A stretch of DNA of 12,731 nt, from contig JAKMXF010000151.1 in assembly GCA_024704765.1 (NCBI GenBank), positions 1 through 12,731 of the forward strand, in the 5' to 3' direction. The notes under the pieces are model-generated. The model worked only from the letters and a program-made list of their open reading frames with translations, did no database searches and had not been told where the DNA came from. The translations under genes and the position numbers were made by a program. Positions 8,052 to 12,731 of the stretch are shown here, piece by piece (position 1 is the first letter of the stretch; the number at the start of each line of letters is the position of its first letter). The DNA comes from Oopsacas minuta. Its lineage: Eukaryota > Animalia > Porifera.

Positions 8052-9048
8052 TACTTAGGGCATTCAAAATGTTCCCATCTTTGTTTAATATCTTGTCACT
8101 ATAACAACTTACTAATCAATTTTCTACATAAAGTGTTCAAAATACTCTCCCTCTACATCTATTCATAGTTGTAGCCTTTCAACCCACTTAGAAAATGTTT
8201 TTTATACTCGTCTCTGTCTAAGGAATTGAGGTAGTGGTAAATTTCGTTTCCTAGCTAAGGTCAGGTATGAAATAGCCGTCCTTCGAGATGTTTTTCAGCT
8301 CATGAAATAGTCCGAAATCACAAGGCGATGGATCTAAGGAATGCGGAGGGTGTTCCATCGTTTCAAACCCGATATCCTCACTGACTTTTCTTTCGTATTT
8401 TGAAACATGAGTCCTGGAATTATCGTGGAGAATTTAATTCCTCGAATTCCTGTACGCGGACGTCGTGTTTTTAGACTTTCTCGACTTCTCTCAGGGTATT
8501 TTTCTCCATGAAATTCTCCATTGACTTGTTCTCCATTAGGCACAGGTATTTGAGCCACTGGCCCATATGGATCAAAAAATATGTTGTAGAGAACCTTATC
8601 GTCCAATAGTTCAACAATTTCAGAGGCAATTTCAGGGATTTTAGCGGGAAATGGACTTCCGGTCCCAGGGACATGTTCAATACTGCCCCCTACCAGCCTT
8701 GAATTTACATGCTCATTCCTTCAGAGTGGGATACGCTAGAGCTTCCCCATGATAAACGATGACGAGATCCTTATTTATCTGGAGTGGTCTATCGCCGAGT
8801 ACGACACGAATCTTTATGTACGCTCGTTGTTCTGTTTGCTGATGTGTTTTGAAGCCATAAAAAGTTAACTCTCGAAAATAGGTAAAATTGAGAGAAGGAT
8901 AGATCAAGATATGTGATAGCTAGAGTGAATTGCTCAACAGCATTGAATAGGTTATCGATAGGACTATAGGATATACTATGCTTTTCATTTAATCCAGCAG
9001 AGTATGGTTGCTCTAAACTAAATATGGGAACTTTTTAATCCCCAAGTA
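8052..9048 (-). mobile_element. Internally deleted DD34D mariner (about 1.0 kb) inserted in the hAT 3' region
   Basis: Degenerate TIRs: TACTTAGGGCATTCAAAATGTTCCCATCTTTG (8052 onward) versus reverse complement TACTTGGGGATTAAAAAGTTCCCATATTTAG (ending 9048). TA follows at 9049-9050. Confidence 0.88.
8124..8858 (-). pseudogene. Degenerate mariner transposase with a large internal deletion
   Basis: TEQRAYIKIRVVLGDRPLQINKDLVIVYHGEALAYPTLKE* (HTH1), then ..EIVELLDD joined to KVLYNIFFD at about 8597/8598. Further motifs: RRPRTGIRGIK, LHDNS (D at 8422-8424), HPPHSLDPSPCDFGLF (D at 8317-8319; exactly 34 codons between), KWVERLQL*IDVEGEYFEHFM*. The WVPHEL linker and first catalytic D are absent. Confidence 0.9.
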
Positions 9049-9119
9049 TAATTGATTAATAAACTGTTATGTTTAATTAATCTGATTAACCTAAACAACA
9101 CAATCGATCATTGCAGAAT

Positions 9120-10725
9120 TTATAGTAGATAATTGAAATTGATAGTGCTCACTTTTTCTCTGCAGAATACTGCAGAAAACTGGTTTCTAGTAATAGCCTG
9201 TTCTTTTAGGTGTAAAGATTTCTCCAGCAGTTGAAAATATATTTCAACCTCAGTTAAAGTCGGTGTCGGTGTCAGATATCTAACTGTTCAGGAACGTAGT
9301 TTATCCTGATTCTTGTTACGCTGAATGTATGAGCTTCAAATTTTATGCAGCTCTCTGTAACTGGTGCATTTAAAAATCTGTTTTCTCTATACCCCCAGGA
9401 CACTTTTCCATCGCTCATTTTCGAGAATGTTACATCCCCATTATTCCTAGATCATTGGATGTCATATCAAGTGACCTCATGATGGTAGTTACAAAAGGGA
9501 TGGTTGAACTTATACAAGCTTCTTTGAATGACTAATGCTTTGTTGCTTGTTCAAATGAGCTTTAATAACTGTAAAACTTTTTCACAAAGCAACCAATCGT
9601 TATTATTAATATTAACATCAAGATGGGGAATTCTAATAATGTGAAAGTAAATCAGATCTTTTCTACTCAGAACTTTACTTCAAGGAAGAGAAGCAAATGG
9701 ATAGTTTCAGCCGAGTTGGGTTATTCCAGGACGTAGAAACAAGATGGAATAGCAAGTATTATATGTTGGAATAAATAAAATTTCTCAAACAAGCAATTGC
9801 TGCCACATCTGCAGAGTTTCCTACATAACTGGACCAAAGGTTCCACCGATTTCAAAGATAACAATTCATCCTTAATAACTAGTTGAAGTGTATGATTAAA
9901 ACAAAGAACTGATGATAAAGAACAAGTTGATATATTAAACGCAGCTTTCATGTTTGCAGCATTATCATGTAAACAAACACAAACATTTACTATAATATTT
10001 CTGTTAAGAAAGACTGATTCAAGACTTAAATAAATATTTCAGCAGTATGGTGTACATCAAAAGGGGCACATGCAAGAGTGAATACCTTTCGAGACCTTTT
10101 GAATATATAATGAATCACAATTCCCATATATCCATGATGGTAAGCTGACCAACAATCGAGGGAAATTGTGACTTGAGTGGGATTTTTCACTACCCAAAAT
10201 TTGCTTCTATTGCTTGAGTATTTTGGTATATGTGGGGTTTAGCATGTCCCTATAGTATTTCTCTGAGGCTAATTCAAACTGTCAACCATTCGTGCGTGAT
10301 GGGGAATGATTCCTGGATTGTTTATAGTTGACCATGGTAGAAGATCTAGAACAAGCATCTCGAATATTGATTCGTGGCCCTTTTTGAGCTTTCTCACTAT
10401 TAAAATCCCAAACTGAGTTGTTTTCTACCCTTCCTGGAATAGTAGTGCTTATTTATTCGGATATTTTTGGCTGTAATGTCGAAAAGTTGAAACAATAGCA
10501 GAAGATCTTTTATTTGAGTGGTAAGAATACAAAAGGTTTTGATTAATTTGATTGAATTCTTCCCATGATTTGTTTTCAAATGTAACTTCATTGAATATGT
10601 GTTTATTTTCTAGCAAGAGTAGATCCACAAGCAATTCGTTTATTACATAAATTGCAAATGGCATACTTTGAGTCAATCTCGCAAACGGATAATATTTTCC
10701 AGACAGGGGAACGATATCTATTCAT
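9120..10725 (-). pseudogene. Degenerate hAT transposase with BED zinc finger (ZBED4-like organisation)
   Basis: ATG at 10725: MNRYRSPVWK..YAICNLCNKRI..LHLKTNHG (BED finger), DLLPWSTINNPG, SLDCWS (D at 10155-10157), HTAE, HDNAANMKAAF, CFNHTLQLVIKD (CxxH, about 9870-9903), DWLLCEKVLQLLK.FEQATK, RYLTP.PT.TEVE.IFSTAGEIFTPKR (E at about 9243-9245), LFCRE..NFNY. Many stops and frameshifts, and a probable deletion before the dimerisation domain. Confidence 0.92.
9635..9812 (+). other. Inverted internal segment of the hAT transposase
   Basis: The plus strand reads SDLFYSELYFKEEKQMDSFSRVGLFQDVETRWNSKYYMLE*IKFLKQAIAATSA (TRWNS at 9739-9753), while the flanking transposase parts lie on the minus strand. 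Confidence 0.85.
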
Positions 10726-10753
10726 GATGAAATATTTAAAAGGAGAATTTATA

Positions 10754-11532
10754 CAAGGGGGTTCAAAATAGAATGTACCCGAACATATTTTAGACTGCCC
10801 AGCCTCAATATCTTGTATAACCAATAGTCATTTTTAGATATGTTAGATACATCCCTTGTTGAAAAGAGAAATAACAAATGGACCCTCGAGATGAGAACCT
10901 TCTGTACTGTATAGTATCTGGAGTGTCACTGCTTCTAGACAGAAACAAATGAATTCCAGACAAAATTTGGGACCAATAAAGCCCCGTAAAATCTTTGATA
11001 TTCTTGTGCGTGTGGAAGTTGAGGACTGAAGAGAAGCTCAGCAACCTCAGACCAAAGACCCCTGTACATGGGGTCTACTCAGGAAGGAAGAAACTGTGTG
11101 ACACGGCCGTTAAAGAGCAGATCCGAAATTATGTTATCGCATCTCCCAGCCGATCGATCAGAAAGAGGAGTCAAGCACTCGTTATTCCACGAGCATCGCT
11201 AATGAGGGTTATGAAGGAAGACATCCACTTACTCCGAACACATGAGCAGCTGAAAACGAATATTGTGCTAGAAATCGCAGTAAAAGCAAAGATTTTCTGA
11301 AGTCAGTTTTCCAGAATTTCGCGTTGCGACTCAAAAATGTCCAAGAATGTAATGGCGTCCATATCGAGCACCTCCTCTAAACCCGAAAGTTTTCAAGCTA
11401 GAGACCTGGTATTCATGGGATAAATATCGAATTATGTTACTATCATATATTAATAATTTCATTGCTTTAACAAAAATATTGCTTGAACAGTTGGGGAAAG
11501 AATTTGGTTGCAGTCTATTTTGGACCACCCGG
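10754..11532 (+). mobile_element. Internally deleted Tc1/mariner-superfamily element (rosa/DD41D-like by flanking motifs) inserted in the hAT 5' region
   Basis: TA at 10752-10753 and at 11533-11534. TACAAGGGGGTTCAAAATAGAATGTACCCGAA versus reverse complement TACCGGGTGGTCCAAAATAGACTGCAACCAAA matches 24/32 including the TA. Element length is 779 bp. Confidence 0.85.
10879..11380 (+). pseudogene. Transposase remnant lacking the whole catalytic domain
   Basis: WTLEMRTFCTV*YLE..FQTKFGTNKAP, YSGRKK, ASPSRSIRKRSQALVIPRASLMRVMKEDIHL joined at about 11230-11235 to RTHEQLKTNI..FLKSVFQNFALRLKNVQECNGVHIEHLL* (TAA at 11378-11380). The subfamily cannot be confirmed by DDD spacing because that region is deleted. 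Confidence 0.8.
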
Positions 11533-11777
11533 TACTTGTAAATTCGATTTACGTTCATGTTTTACAATTTATCGTACTTCATCCTGGAATATTCATAATT
11601 ACACCATATGGCTTTCATTGTGTGAATATATCATTTGCTAGAATTAGAAGTGCCTAATTGCTTATGTATTGTGGATTTATACTGTGAAATATTTCGTAAT
11701 TGGTCAATAAACTTATAATACATAATAATTGTCATAGTATATTTACAGAAACCAATATTCGGTTGGATTTCACTTGC

Positions 11778-11828
11778 TAACCCTTGACAAGCATTTGAAA
11801 TTTCGTTTCAAATGCTTGTCAAGGGTTA
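11778..11828. repeat. Perfect inverted repeat, 23-bp arms with a 5-nt spacer
   Basis: TAACCCTTGACAAGCATTTGAAA (11778-11800), then TTTCG, then TTTCAAATGCTTGTCAAGGGTTA (11806-11828). Confidence 0.97.
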
Positions 11829-12154
11829 TTAGGTGTGTAGACCATTTTTCACATTTAAAAACTCTCACTCACTGGTGAATCATATTATTTAGCATTTTTT
11901 GACTCCTCTTTGCACATATTTCAAATCAATGCTGGATATTTGATTTCAAAAGGTTAGACAGGGGGAGTTGCAATATCAATATTCGGAATCTTCTCCATAT
12001 GATTTGAGGATATAACCTGAGGTACAGTAGCAACCTGATACTATCCGATATTATGATTATCAAAACACCTTGGTATTGAATTTAACCTGAAATATTTCTC
12101 AGATCCATATCTGGGAGCCTAATATCATGCGGAAAGTGATCAAGAGCGGCGTCA

Positions 12155-12185
12155 GGGCAAATTTGGTGGGCTCAAGCCTCCTTCG
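12155..12185. repeat. Degenerate inverted copy of the GC-palindrome motif at 12626-12670
   Basis: GGGCAAATTTGGTGGGCTCAAGCCTCCTT resembles GAGGCAAAATTTGGGGGGCTTAAGCCCCCCCTT, the reverse complement of about 12639-12671. Confidence 0.45.
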
Positions 12186-12418
12186 TATTTCGATAGTCCT
12201 CCTCCGAACCCTTCCGTAATTTTCAGCAGATAAAATTTCGAAATTTTTCACCTAACTTGCTTCGTCTTTGCTTTGTTTGTTTCGAATTTTTTTCTTTTTC
12301 AAAGTACATGTATTTTTGTTGAAGTTGTTTTTCTAGATGCCTACTCCAGCAAATATTTCTCCCACTGCTTCGAGCCTCTTGTTTCTCACTCAGTTTATGA
12401 ATCGTTTTATCTATTTAA

Positions 12419-12625
12419 CATTTTAGTGAAGCTCCTATAGGGAGATGACCTAATAGCATGGACGATGTGCGACGTCCGTCGTCCCTCCATCCGTCCGAAT
12501 GTCCCCGCGGCCGTGGGAACTTAGCTGACCAATTAACCTTAAAATTGGCATACATATACATTTTTGGTCGGAGATTTGCACCTCGGGTATGATTTTTTCT
12601 AAAGTGAATATTTCACACCTTTTTG
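12419..12625 (+). mobile_element. DINE-1/HINE-like (Helentron-associated) non-autonomous element, 5' part
   Basis: T-rich start, a degenerate subterminal hairpin (TAGTGAAGCTCC..GGAGATGACCTA, 8/12 match), a GTCC-type microsatellite (GACGTCCGTCGTCCCTCCATCCGTCCG, about 12471-12497), then AAAATTGGCATACAT. This order matches the DINE-1/HINE layout; recognised by eye. Confidence 0.5.
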
Positions 12626-12731
12626 CATAGCCGTAGACAAGGGGGGGCTTAAGCCCCCCAAATTTTGCCTCATCAATTCCCGAAAATTCTTGAAAACATA
12701 TGTGAAATTATGCTTTATTAATAATTAATAA
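12626..12731. mobile_element. Left end of a MITE-like non-autonomous DNA element running off the window
   Basis: CATAGCCGTAGACAAGG followed by the perfect 18-bp palindrome GGGGGGCTTAAGCCCCCC (12642-12659). The partner end is not in the window. Confidence 0.45.

Larger units (their letters stand above)
7984..11779 (-). mobile_element. Old hAT-superfamily (Ac/ZBED-like) transposon carrying two nested ITm insertions; boundaries tentative
   Basis: Transposase pseudogene at 9120-10725. Candidate ends are GAAGAAGTGATCGACCGAAGAT (7984 onward) and the reverse complement TAGCAAGTGAAATCCAACCGAATAT (ending 11779), which share AAGTGA..ACCGAA. Candidate 8-bp TSDs ATCCTTTA (7976-7983) and ACCCTTGA (11780-11787) match 6/8. 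Family call is strong; the ends are weak. Confidence 0.6.

Noticed and set aside
8471-8907. ORFs 8334..8606, 8471..8680 and 8713..8907 as separate small genes
   Set aside because: They are frame fragments or alternative frames of the single mariner pseudogene.
8026-9180. Recurring TCTGCAGAAT motif (palindrome 8026-8039; copies at 9111-9120 and 9159-9180) as a subterminal repeat array
   Set aside because: The 9159-9170 copy is hAT coding sequence (LFCRE). Only the 8011-8039 copies may be subterminal motifs, which is too little to call an array.
9721-9951. 76-aa ORF as a standalone gene
   Set aside because: Its first part is hAT transposase and its tail is the antisense read of the inverted TRWNS segment.
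10400-11044. ORFs 10400..10591, 10449..10676, 10603..10824 and 10805..11044
   Set aside because: Frameshifted BED-finger pieces, read-in from the neighbouring TIR, or antisense to the rosa-like remnant.
11331-11558. 75-aa minus-strand ORF
   Set aside because: GTG start, antisense to the transposase C-terminus and spanning a TIR.
602-11780. Non-standard genetic code (TAG/TAA read as Gln) to explain the in-frame stops
   Set aside because: The stops occur together with frameshifts and include TGA at Trp, Arg and Cys positions. The host CDS has no internal stop and ends in TAA. Ordinary decay explains them.
11830-12120. Minus-strand frame with coding-like composition
   Set aside because: Several stops and no recognisable motif.
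1-12731. Prokaryotic features (CRISPR array, operon, rRNA, tRNA)
   Set aside because: No regularly spaced direct repeats or RNA-gene signatures were seen, and the gene and TE content is eukaryotic.

Overview
AT-rich eukaryotic DNA, most likely an invertebrate animal; the host cannot be fixed from the sequence alone. One intact host gene sits between two clusters of decayed DNA transposons. The gene (4504-6477, +, one stop-free stretch of 657 codons) encodes an N-terminal caspase-fold (Peptidase C14-like) domain with Tyr at both predicted catalytic positions, fused to three tandem SHC-like SH2 domains. SH2-1 and SH2-3 keep the FLVR arginine, while SH2-2 has FLVW. I know of no characterised protein with this architecture, and it is the best candidate for a new system here. 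Left cluster: a DD37E (TRT/ITmD37E)-like remnant (602-1684) cut at its 5' end by a full-length DD37D maT element (1686-3002, perfect 20-bp TIRs). Right cluster: an old hAT element (about 7984-11779, BED finger, transposase on the minus strand). It carries an internally deleted DD34D mariner in its 3' UTR, an internally deleted rosa/DD41D-like element in its 5' UTR, and a roughly 175-bp internal inversion that puts the TRWNS motif on the opposite strand. A perfect 23-bp-arm hairpin, a DINE-1/HINE-like fragment and a GC-palindrome MITE-like end follow. All calls come from manual translation and motif recognition; no database search was run.
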